Notes: generated by a model from the letters alone, not told the origin. 64,000 nucleotides of DNA from Squalus acanthias (GCA_030390025.1 JASTWF010000033.1:3722001-3786000), one strand, 5' to 3'. Shown: positions 13,701 to 28,700, counted from the first letter of the stretch. A program made the numbers and translations.

Positions 13701-16700
13701 GGGTTTGACCAGTCCCACGGGATTGACCAGTCCTGGGGGTTTGACCGGTTCCAGGGGGTATTACCAGTCCCGGTGGTTTGACCGGTCCCGGGGGTTTGAC
13801 CGGTCCCGGGGGTTTGACCAGTCCCCGGGGGTTTGACCAGACCCGGGGGTTTGACCAGTCTCGGGGTTGTGACCGGTCCCAGGGGATTGACCAGTCACGG
13901 TGGTTTGACCTGTCCCAGGGGATTGACCAGTCCCGGGGGTTTGACCAGTCCCAGAGGATTGACCAGGCCCGAGGGTTTGACCGGTCCCGGGGGTTTGACC
14001 AGTCCCGGGGGTGTGACCAGTCCCGGGGGATTGACCAGTCCCGGAGGTTTGTCGGGTGCTGGGTGATTTGACCAGTCCCGGCGTTGTGACCAGTCCCAGG
14101 GGATTCACCAGTCCCGTGGGTTTGACCAGTCCCGGCGGTTTGACCTGTCCTGGGGGATTTGACCAGTCCCGGGGGTTTGAACAGTCCCGGGAGATTGACC
14201 AGTCCCGGGGGTTTGACCAGTCCCGGGGATTTGAGCAGTCCCGGGGGGTTTGACCAGTCCCGGGGGGGGTGACAAGTCCCGGGGGTTTGACAAGTCCCGT
14301 GGGTTTGACCAGTCCCGGGGGTTTGACCAGTCCCGGGGGATTGACCAGTCCCGGGGGTTTGACCGGACCTGGGGGTTTGACCAGTCCCGGGGTGTATGAC
14401 CAGTCCCGGGGGTTTGACCGGTCCCGGGGGTTTGACTGGTCCCGGGGGTTTGACCAGTCCCCGGGGGTTTGACCAGACCCCGGGATTTGACCAGTCCTGG
14501 GGTTGTGACCGGTCCCAGGGGATTGACCAGTCCCGGGGGTTTGACCAGTCCTAGAGGATTGACCTGTCCCGGGGGTTTGACCGGTCCCGTGGGTGTGACC
14601 AGTCCCAGGGGTGTGACCAGTCCCGGGGGATTGACCAGTCGCGGGGGTTACACCGATCCCGGGGGCTTGACCTGTCCCGGGGGTTTGACCAGTCCTGGGG
14701 GTTTGACCAGTCCCGGGGTTGTGACCGGTCCCAGGGGATTGACCAGTCCCGGGGGTTTGACCATTCCTAGAGGATTGACCTGTCCCGGGGGTTTGACCGG
14801 TCCCGGGGGTTTGACCAGTCCCAGGGTTGTGACCAGTCCCGGGGGATTGACCAGTCCCGGAGGTTTGTCGGGTCCTGGGGGATTTGACCAGTCCCTGGGG
14901 TGTGACCAGTCCCGGGGGTTTGACGGGTCCTGGGGGGTTTGACCAGTCCCGGGTGTTTAACCGGTCCCGGGGTTTGACCGGTCCCGGGAATTTGACCAGT
15001 CCCGGGGGTTTGACGGGTCCTGGGGGGTGTGACAATTCCCGGGGGTTTGACCAGTCACGGGGGTTTGACCGGTCCCGGGGGTGTGACCTGTCTCGGTTGT
15101 GTGACCTGTCCCGGGGGTGTGACCAGTCCCGGGGGTTTGACCGGTCCCGGGGGTTTGACCGGTCCCGGGGTTTTGAACAGTCCCGGGGGTTTGACCAGTC
15201 CCAGGGGATTGACCAGTCCCGGGGGTTTGACCAGTCCCGGCGGTTTGACCTTTCCCGGGGGGTTTGACCAGTCCCGGGGGTTTCAACAGTCCCGGGGGAT
15301 TGACCAGTCCCGGGGGTTTGACCAGTTCCGGCGGTTTGACCAGTCCCAGGGGTTTGACCAGTCCCGGGGGTGACCAGTCCCGGGGGTTTGACCAGTCCCG
15401 GGGGTGACCTGTCCCGGGGGATTTAACCTGTCCTGGGCGTTTGACCTGTCCTGGGGTTGTGACCGGTCCCGAGGGTTTGTCCAGTCCCGGGTGTTTGACC
15501 AGTCCCGGGGGTGTGACCTGTCCCGGGGTTTTGACCAGTCCCAGGGGTTTGACCTGCCCCGGGTTTTTGACCGGTCCCGGGGGTTTGACCTGTCCTGGGG
15601 GTTTGACCGGTCCCGGGGGTGTGCTCTGTCCCGGGTTTGTGACCTGTCCCGGGGGTGTGACCAGTCCCGGTGGTTTGACCGTTCCCGTGGGTTTGACCGG
15701 TCCCGGGGTATTGACCAGTCCCGGGGGCTTGACCAGTCCCGGGGGTTTGACCAGTCCCAGGGGTTTGACCAGTCCTGGGGGTGTGACCAGTCCCGGGGGT
15801 TTGACCAGTCCCCAGGTGTTTGACCGGTCCAGGGGGTTTGACCGGTCCCGGGGGTTTGACCGGTCCCCAGGGGTTTGACCGGTCCAGGGGGTTTGACCGG
15901 TCCCGGGGGTTTGACCAGTCCCAGGGGATTGACCAGTCCCGGGGGTTTGACCAGTCCCGGGGTTTTGACCGGTACGGGGGTTTGACCAGTCCCAGGGGAT
16001 TGACCAGTCCCGGGGATTTGACCAGTCCCGGTGGTTTGACCAGTCCCTGGGGTTTGAACAATCCTGGGGGTTTGAACGGTCCCCGGGGTGTGACCGGTCT
16101 ATGGGTTTGACCAGTCCCGGGGAGTTTGACCGGTCCCGGGGTTTTGACCGGTCCCGGGGGTTTGACCAGTCCCGGGGGTTTGACAAAACCCGGGGGTTTG
16201 ACCAGTCCAGGGTGTTTGACCTGTCCCGGGGGTGTGACATGTCCCGGGGGTGTGACCTGTACTGGGGGTGTGACCAGTCCCGGGGGGGTGACCAGTCCCG
16301 GGGGTTTGAATAGTCCTGGGGGTTACACCAGTCCCGGGGTTTTGACCAGTCCAGCGGTTTTACCAGCGCCGGAAGTTTGACCAGTCCTGGGGTTTTGTCC
16401 TGTCCCAGGTGTTTGACCGGTCGCGGGGGTTTGACCTGTCCCTGGGGTTTGACCAGTCCCCAGGGGTTTGAACGGTCCAGGGTGTTTGACCGGTCCCATG
16501 GGTTTGACCAGTCCCGGGGTTTTGACCGGTCCCGGGGGTGTGACCTGTCCCGGGGGTTTGACCAGTCCCCAGGGGTTTGAACGGTCCAGGGTGTTTGACT
16601 GGTCCCATGGGTTTGACCAGTCCCGGGGTTTTGACCGGTCCCGGGGGTGTGACCTGTCCCGGGGGTGTGACCTGTCCCGGGGGTTAGAACAGTCCCAGGG

Positions 16701-19700
16701 TTTTGACCAGTCCCTGGGGTTTGTCCGGTTCCGGGGCTTTGTCCGGTCCTGCGGTTTGTGGCAGCACCCGGAGGTTTGACCGGTCCCGGGGGTATAACCA
16801 GTCCCGGGGGTTGTCCGGTCCCGGGGGTTTGACTGCTCCCAGGGGGTTTGACCAGTCCCGGGGGTTTGACCAGTCCCAGGGGATTGACCAGTCCCGGGGG
16901 TTTGACCGGTCCCGGGGGTCTGACCAGTCCCGGGGGTGTTACCATTCCCTGGGGATTGACCTGTCCTGGAGGTTTGACGGGTCCTGGGGTATTTGACCTT
17001 GGGGTAGTCCGGTTCCGGGGCTTTGACCGGTCCTGGGGTGTGTGGCAGCACCCGAGTGTTTGACCGATCGAGGTGGTTTGACCGGTCCCTTGGGGTTGTC
17101 CGGTTCCGAGGGTTTGACTGCTCGCAAGGGTATTGACCAGTCCCGGGGGTTTGACCAGTCCCAGGGGATTGAACAGTCCCAGGGGTTTGACCGGTCCCGG
17201 GGGTGTGACCAGTCCCGGGGGTTTGACCAGTCCCGGGGGTTTGACCAGTCCCGGGGGTTTGACCAGTCCCTGGTGTTTGACCAGTGCCGGGGGATTGACT
17301 AGTCCCGGAGGTTTGACCGGTCCCGGGGGTTTCACCGTTCCCGGGGGTGTCACCAGTCCCGGGGGGTTGACCTGTCCCGTGGATTTTACCTGTCCCGGGG
17401 GTATGACCTGTCCCGAGGGTTTGACCTGTCCGGGGGTTTGACCGGTCCCGGGGGATTGACCAGTCCCGGAGGTTTGACGGGTCCTGGTGGGTTTGACCAG
17501 TCCCGGGGGTTTGACCAGTCCCGGGGGTGTGAACTGGCCCAGGGGTTTGACCTGTCCCGGGTTTTTGACCGGTCCCGGGGGTTTGACCAGTCCCGGGGGT
17601 TTGACCAGTCCCGGGGGTGTGACCAGTCCCGGGGGTTTGACCAGTCCCCAGGTGTTTGACCGGTCCAGGGGGTTTGACCGGTCCCGGGGGTTTGACCAGT
17701 CCCAGGGGATTGACCAGACCCGGGGGTTTGACCAGTCCCAGGGTTTTGACCGGTCCCGGGGGTTTGACCAGTCCCAGGGGATTGACTAGTCCCGGGGGTT
17801 TGACCAGTCCCGGTGGTTTGACCAGTCCCTGGGGTTTGAACAATCCTAGGGGTTTGAACGGTCCCCGGGGTGTGACCGGTCTATGGGTTTGACCAGACCC
17901 GGGGAGTTTGACCGGTCCCGGGGTTTTGACCGGTCCCGGGGGTTTGACCAGTCCCGGGGGTTTGACCAAACCCGGGGGTTTGACCAGTCCCGGGGGTTTG
18001 ACCTGTCCCGGGGGTGTGACCTGTCCCGGGGGTGTGACCTGGCCCGGGGGTGTGACCAGTCCCCAGGGGGTGACCAGTCCCGGGGGTTTGAACAGTCCCG
18101 GGGGTTAGACCAGTCCCGGGGTTTTGACCAGTCCAGCGGTTTTACCAGCGCCGGAAGTATAACCAGTCCTGGGGGTTTGTCCTGTCCCAGGTGTTTGACC
18201 GGTCGCGGGGGTTTGACCTGTCCCGGGTGTTTGACCAGTCCTGGGTGTTTGACCAGTCCCGGGGGTTTGACCTGTCCCGGGGGTGTGACCTGTCCCGGGG
18301 GGGTGACCTGTCCCGGGGGTTAGAACAGTCCCGGGGTTTTTACCAGTCCCGGGGGTTTGACCAGTCCAGGGGGTTTGACCGGTCCCGCGGGTTTGAAAAG
18401 TCCCGTGGGTTTGACCAGTCCCGGGAGTTTGACCAGTCCAGGGGGTTTGACCAGTCCCGGGGGTTTGACCAGTCCCGGGAGTTTGACCAGTCCCGGGGGT
18501 GTGACCAGTCCCGGGGGTTTGACCAGTCCCCAGGGGTTTGACCGGTCCAGGGTGTTTGACCGGTCCCGGGGGTTTGACCAGTCCCGGGGTTTTGACCGGT
18601 CCCGGGGGTTTGAACAGTCCCTGGGGTTTGAACAGTCCTGGGGTTTTGACCAGTCCAGCGGTTTTACCAGCGCCGGAAGTTTGACCTGTCCAGGGGGGTT
18701 TGACCTGTCACGGGAGTTTGACCGGTCGTGGGGGATTGACCGGTCCCGGGGGTTTGACCAGTCCCGGGTGTTTGACCTGTCCCGGGGGTGTGACCTGTCC
18801 CGGGGCTGTGACGAGTCCCGGGGGGGTGACCTGTCCCTGGGGTTTGACCAGTCCTGGGGGTTAGAACAGTCCCGGGGTTTTGACCAGTCCAGGGGTTTGT
18901 CCGGTTCCGGGGCTTTGTCCGGTCCTGCGGTTTGTGGCAGCACCCGGAGGTTTGACCGGTCCCGGGGGGTTTGAACGGTCCCGGGGGTATACCCAGTCTC
19001 GGGGGTTGAACGGTCCCGGGGTTTTGACTGCTCCCAGGGGGTTTGACCAGTCCCGGGGGTTTGACCAGTCCCAGGGGATTGACCAGTCCCGGGGGTTTGA
19101 CCGGTCCCGGGAGTGTGACCAGTCCCGGGGGGGTGACCATTCCCTGGGGATTGACCTGTCCTGGAGGTTTGACGGGTCCTGGGATGTTTGACCGGTCCCT
19201 TGGGGTTGTCCGGTTCCGGGGCTTTGACCGGTCCTGGGTTGTGTGGCAGCACCCGGGTGTTTGACCAGTCCAGGTGGTTTGACCGGTCCCTTGGGGTTGT
19301 CCGGTTCTGGGGGTTTGACTGCTCGCAAGGGTATTTACCAGTCCCGGCGGTTTGACCAGTCCCAGAGGATTGAACAGTCCCAGGGGTTTGACCAGTCCCG
19401 GGGGTGTGACCAGTCCCGGGGGTGTGACCTGGCCCAGGGGTTTGACCTGTCCCGGGGTTTTGAACTGTCCCGGGGTTTTGACATGTCCCGGGTTTTTTGA
19501 CCGGTCCCGGGGGTTTGACCAGTCCCGGGGGTTTGACCAGTCCAGGGGGATTGACCGGTCCCATGGGTTTGAGCAGTCCCGGGGGATTGACCAGTCCTGG
19601 GGGTTTGAGCAGTCCCGGGGGTTTGACCAGTCCCGGGGGTTTGACCATTCCCAGGGGTGTGACCAGTCCCGGGGGTTTGACCAGTCCCCAGGGGTTTGAC

Positions 19701-22700
19701 CGGTCCAGGGGGTTTGACCGGTCCCGGGGGTTTGACCAGTCCCGGGGGATTGACCAGTCCCGGGGGTTTGACCAGTCCCGGGGTTTTGACCGGTCCCGGG
19801 GGTTTGACCAATCCCGGGGGTTTGACCAGTCCCGGGGAGTTTGACCAGTCCCGGGGGTTTGACCAGTCCCGGGGAGTTTGACCGGTCCCGAGGTTTTGAC
19901 CGGTCCCGGGGGTTTGACCAGTCCCGGGGGTTTGACCAAACCCGGGGGTTTGACCAGTCCCGGGGTTTTGACCGGTCCCGGGGGTTTGACCAGTCCCGGG
20001 GGTTTGACCAGTCCCGGGGGTTTGACCAGTCCCAGGGGATTGACCAGTCCCGGGGGTTTCACCAGTCCCGGTGGTTTGACCAGTCCCTGGAGTTTGAACA
20101 ATCCTGGGGGTTTGAACGGTCCCCGGGGTGTGACCGGTCTATGGGTTTGACCAGTCCCGGGGAGTTTGACCGGTCCCGGGGTTTTGACCGGTCCCGGGGG
20201 TTTGACCAGTCCCGGGGGTTTGACCAAACCCGGGGGTTTGACCAGTCCCGGGTGTTTGACCTGTCCCGGGGGTGTGATCTGTCCCGGGGGAGTGACCTGT
20301 CCCGGGTGTGTGACCTGTCCCGGGGGTGTGACCAGTCCCGGGGTGTGACCAGTCCCGGGGGTTTGAACAGTCCTGGGGGTTAGACCAGTACCGGGGTTTT
20401 GACCAGTCCAGCGGTTTTACCAGCGCCGGAAGTTTGACCAGTCCTGGGGGTTTGTCCTGTCCCAGGTGTTTGACCGGTCGCTGGGGTTTGACCTGTCCCG
20501 GGTGTTTGACCAGTCCTGGGTGTTTGACCAGTCCCGGGGGGGTGACCAGTCCCGGGGGGGGTGACCTGTCCCTGGGGTTTGAGCAGTCCCGGGGGTTAGA
20601 ACAGTCCCGGGGTTTTTACCAGTCCCGGGGGTTTGACCAGTCCAGGGGGTTTGACCGGTCCCGCGGGTTTGACCAGTCCCGGGGGTTTGACCAGTCCCGG
20701 GGGTGTGCCCAGTCCCGGGGGTTTGACCAGTCCCCAGGGGTTTGACCGGTCCAGGGTGTTTGACCGGTCCCGGGGGTTTGACGAGTCCCGGGGTTTTGAC
20801 CGGTCCCTGGGGTTTGAACATTCCTGGGGGTTTGAACAGTCCCGGGGGTTTGACCTGTCCCGGGGGTGTGACCTGTCCCGGGGGTGTGACCTGTCCCGGG
20901 GGTGTGACCAGTCCCGGGTGGGTGACCAGTCCCGGGTGTTTGAACAGTCCTGCGGGTTAGACCAGTCCAGGGGTTTTGACCAGTCCAGCGGTTTTACCAG
21001 CGCCGGAAGTTTGACCACTCCTGGGGGTTTGACCTGTCCCGGGGGTTTGACCGGTCGCGGGGGTTCGACCGGTCCCGGGGGTTTGACCAGTCCCGGGTGT
21101 TTGACCTGTCCCGGGGGTGTGACCTGTCCCGGGGGTGTGACCAGTCCCGGGGGGGTGACCTGTCCCTGGGGTTTGACCAGTCCTGGCGGTTAGAACAGTC
21201 CCGGGGTTTTGACCAGTCCAGGGGTTTGTCCGGTTCCGGGGCTTTGTCCGGTCCTGCGGTTTGTGGCAGCACCCGGAGGTTTGACCGGTCCCGGGGGGTT
21301 TGAACGGTCCCGGGGGTATAACCAGTCCCGGGGGTTGACCGGTCCCGGGGGTTTGACTGCTCCCAGGAGGTTTGACCAGTCCCAGGGGTTTGACCAGTCC
21401 CAGGGGATTGACCAGTCCCGGGTGTTTGACCGGTCCCTTGGGGTTGTCCGGTTCCGGGGCTTTGACCGGTCCTGGGGTGTGTGGCAGCACCCGGGTGTTT
21501 GACCGGTCCAGGTGGTTTGACCAGTCCCTTGGGGTTTTCCGGTTCCAGGGGTTTGACCAGTCCCAGGGGATTGAACAGTCCCAGGGGTTTGACCGGTCCC
21601 GGGGGTGTGACCAGTCCCGGGGTTGTGACCAGTCCCGGGGGTTTTACCAGTCCCGGGAGTTTGACCAGTCCCTGGTGTTTGACCAGTGCCGGGGGATTGA
21701 ATAGTCCCGGAGGTTTGACCAGTCCTGGGGGTTTGTCCTGTCCCAGGTGTTTGACCGGTCGCGGGGGTTTGACCTGTCCCGGGTGTTTGACCAGTCCTGG
21801 GTGTTTGACCAGTCCCGGGGGTTTGACCTGTCCTGGGGGTGTGACCTGTCCCGGGGGTGTGACCAGTCCCGGGGGGGTGACCTGTCCCTGGGGTTTGACC
21901 AGTCCAGGGGGTTAGAACAGTCCCGTGGTTTTTACCAGTCCCGGGGGTTTGACCAGTCCAGGGGGTTTGACCGGTCCCGCGGGTTTGACCAGTCCCGGGG
22001 GTTTGACCAGTCCCGGGGGTTTGACCAGTCCCGGGGGTGTGACCAGTCCCGGGGGTTTGACCACTCCCCAGGGGTTTGTCCGGTCCAGGGTGTTTGACCG
22101 GTCCCGGGGGTTTGACCAGTCCCGGGGTTTTGACCGGTCCCGGGGGTTTGAACAGTCCCAGGGGATTGACCAGTCCCGGGGGTTTGACCAGTCCCGGTGG
22201 TTTGACCAGTCCCTGGGGTTTGAACAGTCCTGGGGGTTTGAACAGTCCCAGGGGATTGACCAGTCCCGGGGGTTTGACCGGTCCAGGTGGTTTGACCAGT
22301 CCCTTGGGGTTGTCCGGTTCCGGGGGTTTGACTGCTCGCAAGGGTATTGACCAGTCCCGGGGGTTTGACCAGTCCCAGGGGATTGAACAGTCCCAGGGGT
22401 TTGACCGGTCCCGGGGGTGTGACCAGTCCCGGGGGTTTGACCAGTCCCGGGGGTTTGACCAGTCCCTGGTGTTTGACCAGTGCCGGGGGATTGACTAGTC
22501 CCGGAGGTTTGACCGGTCCCGGGGGTTTGACCAGTCCCAGGGTTGTGACCATTCCCGGGGGTTTGTCGGGTCCTGGGGGGTTTGATCAGTCCCGGGTGTT
22601 TGACCGGTCCCGGGGGTTAGACCAGTCCCGGGGGTTTGAACAGTCCCAGGGGTTTGACCAGTCCCGGGGGATGGACCGGTCCCGGGGGATTGACCGGTCC

Positions 22701-25700
22701 CGGGGGTTTGACCGGTCCCGGGGGATTTATCAGTCCCGGAGGTTTGACGGGTACTTGGGGGTTTAACCAGTCCTGGGTTTGTGACCAGTCCCGGGGGTTT
22801 GACCTGTCCCGGGTGATTGACCTGTCCTGGGGGTTTGATCTGTCTCGGGGGTGTGACATGTCCCGGGGGTTTGACCAGTCCCGGTGGTTTGACCTGTCCC
22901 GGGGGTGTGACCGGTCCCGGGGGGTTGACCGGTCCCGGGGATTTGACTGCTCCCAGGGGGTTTGACAAGTCCAGGGGTTTTGACCAGTCCCAGGGGATTG
23001 ACCAGTCCCGGGGGTTTGACCGGTCCCGGGGGTGTGACCAGTCCCGGGTGTGTTACCATTCCCGGGGGATTGACCGGTCCCGAGGGATGGACCCGTCCCG
23101 GGGGTTTGAACAGTCCCGGTGGTTTGACCGGTCCCGAGGGATGCACCCGTCCCGGGATTTTGACCGGTCCCGGGGGTTTGACCGGTCCCGGGGGTTTGAC
23201 CGGTCCCGGGGGTTTGACCAGTCCCGGGGGTTTGACCAGTCCCGGGCGTTTGACCGGTCCCGGGGGTTTGACCGGTCCCGGGGGTTTGACCGGTCCCGGG
23301 TGTTTGACCGGTCCCGGGGGTTTGAACAGTCCCGGGGGTTTGACCTGTCCCGTGGGTTTGACCTGTCCCGGGCGTTTGACCGGTCCCGGGGGTTTGACCG
23401 GTCCCGGGGGTTTGACTGGTCCCGGTATTTTGACCGGTCCCGGGTCTTGACCGGTCCCGGGGGTTTGACCGTGCCCGGGGGTTTGACCGTTCCCGGGGAA
23501 TTGACCAGTCCCGGAGGTTTGACGGGTCCTGGGGGGTTTGACCAGTCCCGGGGGTGTGACCAGTCCCGGGGGTTTGACCTGTCCCGGGGGTTTGACCTGC
23601 CACGGGGGTTTGACCAGCCCAGGGGTTTGACCAGTCCCGGGGGTTTGATCTGTCCTGGGGGTTTGACCAGTCCCAGGGGATTGCCCAGTCCCGGGGGTTA
23701 TGACTAGTCACGGGGGTTTGATCAGTCCTGGGTGTTTGACCAGTCCCGGGGGTTTGAACGGTCCCGGGGGTTTGACCAGTCCCGGGGGTTTGACCGGTCC
23801 CGGGGGTTTACCTGTCCCGGGGGTTTGACTAGTCCTGGGGGTTAGACGAGTCCCAGGATTTACACCAGACCAGGGGTTTGACCGTCCCCGGAAGATTGAC
23901 CAGTCCTGCGGGTGTGACCTGTCCCGGGGGTTTGACCGGTCCCGGGGGATTGACCAGTCCCGGAGCTTTGACGGGTCCTGGGGTGTTTGACCAGTCCCGG
24001 GGCTGTGACCAGTCCCTGGGTTTTGACCTGTCCCGGGGTTTTGACCTGTCCTGGGGGTTTGACCAGTCCCAGGGGTTTGAACTGTCCCGGGGTTTTGACC
24101 TGTCCCGGGGGTTTGACCGGTCCCGGGGGGGGTGACCTGTCCCTGGGGTTTGACCAGTCCCGGGGGTTAGAACAGTCCCGGGGTTATTACCAGTCCCGGG
24201 GGTTTGACCAGTCCAGGGGGTTTGACCGGTCCCGCGGGTTTGACCAGTCCCGGGGGTTTGACCAGTCCCGGGGGTTTGACCAGTCCCGGGGGTGTGACCA
24301 GTCCCGGGGGTTTGACCAGTCCCCAGGGGTTTGACCGGTCCAGGGTGTTTGACCGGTCCCGGGGGTTTGACCAGTCCCGGGGTTTTGACCGGTCCCGGGG
24401 GTTTGAACAGTCCCGGGGGATTGACCAGTCCCGGGGGTTTGACCAGTCCCGGTGGTTTGACCAGTCCCTGGGGTTTGAACAGTCCTGGGGGTTTGAACAG
24501 TCCCGGGGGTTTGACCTGTCCCGGGGGTGTGACCTGTCCCGGGGGTGTGACCTGTCCCGGGGGTGTGACCTGTCCCGGGGGTGTGACCAGTCCCGGGGGG
24601 GTGACCAGTCCCGGGTGTTTGAACAGTCCTGGGGGTTAGACCAGTCCAGGGGTTTTGACCAGTCCAGCGGTTTTACCAGCGCCGGAAGTTTGAACTGTCC
24701 CGGGGGTTTGACCTGTTGCGGGAGTTTGACCGGTCCCGTGGGTTTTACCTGTCCCGGGGGTGTGACCTGTCCCGGGGGTGTGACCTGTCCCGGGGGTGTG
24801 ACCAGTCCCGGGGGGGTGACCTGTCCCTGGGGTTTGACCAGTCCTGGGGATTAGAACAGTCCCGGGGTTTTGACCAGTCCAGGGGTTTGTCCGGTTCCGG
24901 GGCTTTGTCCGGTCCTGCGGTTTGTGGCAGCACCCGGAGGTTTGACCGGTCCCGGGGGGTTTGAACGGTCCCGGGGGTATAACCAGTCCCGGGGGTTGAC
25001 CAGTCCCGGGGGTTTGACCGCTCCCAGGAGGTTTGACCAGTCCCGGGGGTTTGACTAGTCCCAGGGGATTGACCAGTCCCGGGGGTTTGACCGGTCCCGG
25101 GGGTTTGACCATTCCCGGGCGTTTGACCGGTCCCGGGGGTTTGACCGGTTCCAGGTGTTTGACAGGTCCCGGGGGTTTGAACAGTCCCGGGGGTTTGACC
25201 TGTCCCGTGGGTTTGACCTGTCCCGGGCGTTTGACCGGTCCTGGGGGTTTGACTGGTCCCGGGGGTTTGACTGGTCCCGGGGTTTTGACCGGTCCCGGGT
25301 CTTGACCGGTCCCGGGGGTTTGACCGTGCCCGGGGGTATGACCGTTCCCGGGGGATTGACCAGTCCCAGAGGTTTGACGGGTCCTGGGGGGTTTGACCAG
25401 TTCCGGGGGTATGACCAGTCCCGGGGGTTTGACCTGTCCCGGGGGTTTGACCTGCCACGGGGGTTAAACCAGCCCAGGGGATTGACCAGTCCCGGGGGTT
25501 TGACCTGTCCTGGGGTTTTGACCAGTCCCAGGGGATTTCCCAGTCCCGGGGGTTATGACTAGTCACGGGGGTTTGATCAGTCCTGGGGGTTTGACCAGTC
25601 CCGGGGGTTTGAACGGTCCCGGGGGTTTGACCAGTCCCGGGGGTTTGTCCTGTCCCGGGGGTGTGACCAGTCCTGGGGGTTAGACGAGTCCCGGGATTTA

Positions 25701-28700
25701 CACCAGACCAGGGGTTTGACCGTCCCCGGAAGATTGACCAGTCCTGCGGGTGTGACCTGTCCCGGGGGTTTGACCGGTCCCGGGGGATTGACCAGTCCCA
25801 GAGGTTTGACAGGTCCTGGGGGGTTTGACCAGTTCCGGGGGTGTGACCAATCCCGGGGGTTTGACCTGTCCCGGGGGTTTGACCTGCCACGGGGGTTTGA
25901 CCAGCCCAGGGGTTTGACCAGTCCCGGGGGTTTGACCTGTCCTGGGGGTTTGACCAGTCCCAGGGGATTTCCCAGTCCCGGGGGTTATGACTAGTCACGG
26001 GGGTTTGATCAGTCCTGGGGGTTTGACCAGTCCCGGGGGTTTGAACGGTCCCGGGGGTTTGACCAGTCCCGGGGGTTTGAACTGTCCTGTTGTTTTGACC
26101 TGTCCCGGGGGTTTGACCGGTCCCGGGGATTTGACCAGTCCCGGGGGTTTGACCAGTCCAGGGGGTTTGACCGGTCCCGGGGGTTTGACCAGTCCCGGGG
26201 GTTTGACCAGTCCCGGGGTGTGACCGGTCCCGGGGGTTTGACCAGTCCCAGGGGATTGACCAGTCCCGGGGGTTTGACCAGTACCTGGGGATTGACCTGT
26301 CCCGGGGGTTTGACCAGTCCGGGAGTTTGACCAGTTCAGGGGGTTTGACCGGTCCCGAGGGATGGACCGGTCCCGGGGGTTTGACCAGACCCGGGGTTTT
26401 GATCAGTCCCGGGCGTTTGACCTGTCCCGGGGGTTTGACCAGTCCCGGGGGTTTGACCAGTCCCAGTGGTTTGACCTTTCCCGGGGGTTTGACCTGTCCC
26501 GGGGGTGTGCCCAGTCCCGGGGGTTTGACCTGTCCTGGGTGTTTGACCAGTCCCGTGTGTTTGACCTGTCCTGGGGGTTTGACCAGTCCCGGGGGTTTGA
26601 CCGGTTCTATGGGTTTGACCGGTCCTGGGGGTTTGACCAGTCCCGGGGATTTGACCAGTTCCGGGGGTTTGACCGGTCCCGGGGGCTTGACCACTCCAGG
26701 GGGTTTGACCGGTCCCGGGGGTTTGACCGGTCCCGGGGGTTTGACCAGTCCCGGGGGTTTGACCAGTCCTGGGGGTTTGACCAGTCCCGGGGGTTTGACC
26801 TGTCCCGGGGGTGTGACCATTCCCGGGGGTTTGTCGGGTCCTGGGGGGGTTTGATCAGTCCCGGGTGTTTGACCGGTCCCGGGTGTTAGACCCGTCCGGG
26901 TGTTTGACCAGTCCCAGGGGATGGACCGTTGCCGGGGGATTGACTGGTCCCGGGGGTTTGACCGGTCCCGGGGGATTGATCAGTCCCGGAGGTTTGACGG
27001 GTCCTTGGGGGTTTGACCTGTCCCGGGGTTGTGACCAGTCCCGGGGGTTTGACCTGTCCCGGGGTTTTGACCTGTCCCGGTGGATTGATCTGTCCCGGGG
27101 GTATGACCAGTCTTGGAGGTTTGACCAGTCCCGGGGGTTTGACCAGTCCCGGGGGTGTGACCAGTCCCGGGGGTTTGACCAGTCCCCGGGGGTTTGACCA
27201 GTCCAGGGGGTTTGACCGGTCCCGGGGATTTACCAGTCCCAGGGGATTGACCTGTCCCGGGGGTTTGACCAGTCCCGGGGGTTTGACCTGTCCCGGGGGT
27301 GTGATCTCTCCCGGGGGTTTGACCAGTCCCGGGGGTTTGACCGGTCCAGGGGGTTTGACCAATCGGGGGGTTTGACCAGTCCCGGGGGTTTGACCTGTCC
27401 CGGGTGTGTGACCTGTCCCGGGGGTGTGACCAGTCTCGGGGGGGTGACCAGTCCCGGGGGTTTGAACTGTCCTGCGGGTTAGACCAGTCCCGGGGTTTTG
27501 ACCACTCCAGGGGTTAGACCAGCTCCGGATGTTTGACCAGTCCTGGGGGTTTGGCCTGTCCCGGGGGTTTGACCAGTCCCGGGGGTTTTACCAGTCCCGG
27601 GGGTTTGACCTGTCCCGGGGTGTGACCTGTCCCGGGGGTGTGACCATTCCCGGGGGTGGGACCTGTACCGGGGGTTTGAACTGTCCTGCGGGTTAGACCA
27701 GTCCCGGGGGTTTGACCAGTCCCGGGGGTTTGAACTGTCCTGCGGGTTAGACCAGTCCCGGGGTTTTGACCAGTCCAGGGGTTAGACCAGCCCCGGATGT
27801 TTGACCAGTCCTGGGGGTTTGGCCTGTCCCGGGGGTTTGACCGGTCCCATGAGTTTGACCAGTCCCTGGCGTTTGACCGGTCCCGGGGGTTTGACCGGTC
27901 CCGGGGGTTTGACTGGTCCAGGGTTTTTGACCGGTCCCGGGTCTTGACCGGTCCCGGGGGTTTGACCGTGCCCGGGGGTTTGACCGTTCCCGGGGGATTG
28001 ACCAGTCCCGGAGGTTTGACGGGTCCTTGGTGGTTTGACCAGTTCCGGGGGTGTGACCAGTCCCGGTGGTTTGACCTGTCCCGGGGGTTTGACCAGTCCA
28101 GGGGGTTTGACCGGTCCCGGAGATTTACCAGTCCCAGGGGATTGACTGGTCCCGCGGGTTTGACCGGTCCCGGGGGTTTGACCGGTCCCAGGGATTAGAT
28201 CAGTCCCGGGGGTTTGACCAGACCTGGGGGTTTGACCAGTCCTGGGGGTTTGACCTGTCCCGGGGGTGTGACCATTCCGGGGGTTTGTCGGGTCCTGGAG
28301 GGGTTTGATCAGTCCCGGGTGTTTGACCGGTCCCGGGGGGTAGACCAGTCCCGGGGTTTGACCAGTCCCAGGGGATGGACCGGTCACGGGGGATTGACTG
28401 GTCCCGGGGGTTTGTCCGGTCCCGGGGGATTGATCAGTCCCGGAGGGTTGACGGGTCCTTGGGGGTTTCACCAGTCCCGGTGTTGTGACCAGTCCCGGGG
28501 GTTTGACCTGTCCCGGGATTTTAACCTGTCCCGGGGGTTTGATCTGTCTCGGGGGTGTGACCTGTCCCGGGGGTTTGACCAGTCCCGGTGGTTTGACCTG
28601 TCCCGGGGGTGTGACCAGTCCCGGGGGTTTGACCAGTCGCGGGGGTTTGACCAGTCCCGGGGGTGTGACCAGTCCAGGGGGTTTGACCAGTCCTGGGGGA

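Noticed and set aside
25532..25541. Perfect NF-kB-type site GGGATTTCCC (again near 25964)
   Set aside because: A few substitutions from the satellite consensus, copied by a local 432-bp duplication; expected by chance among thousands of monomers.
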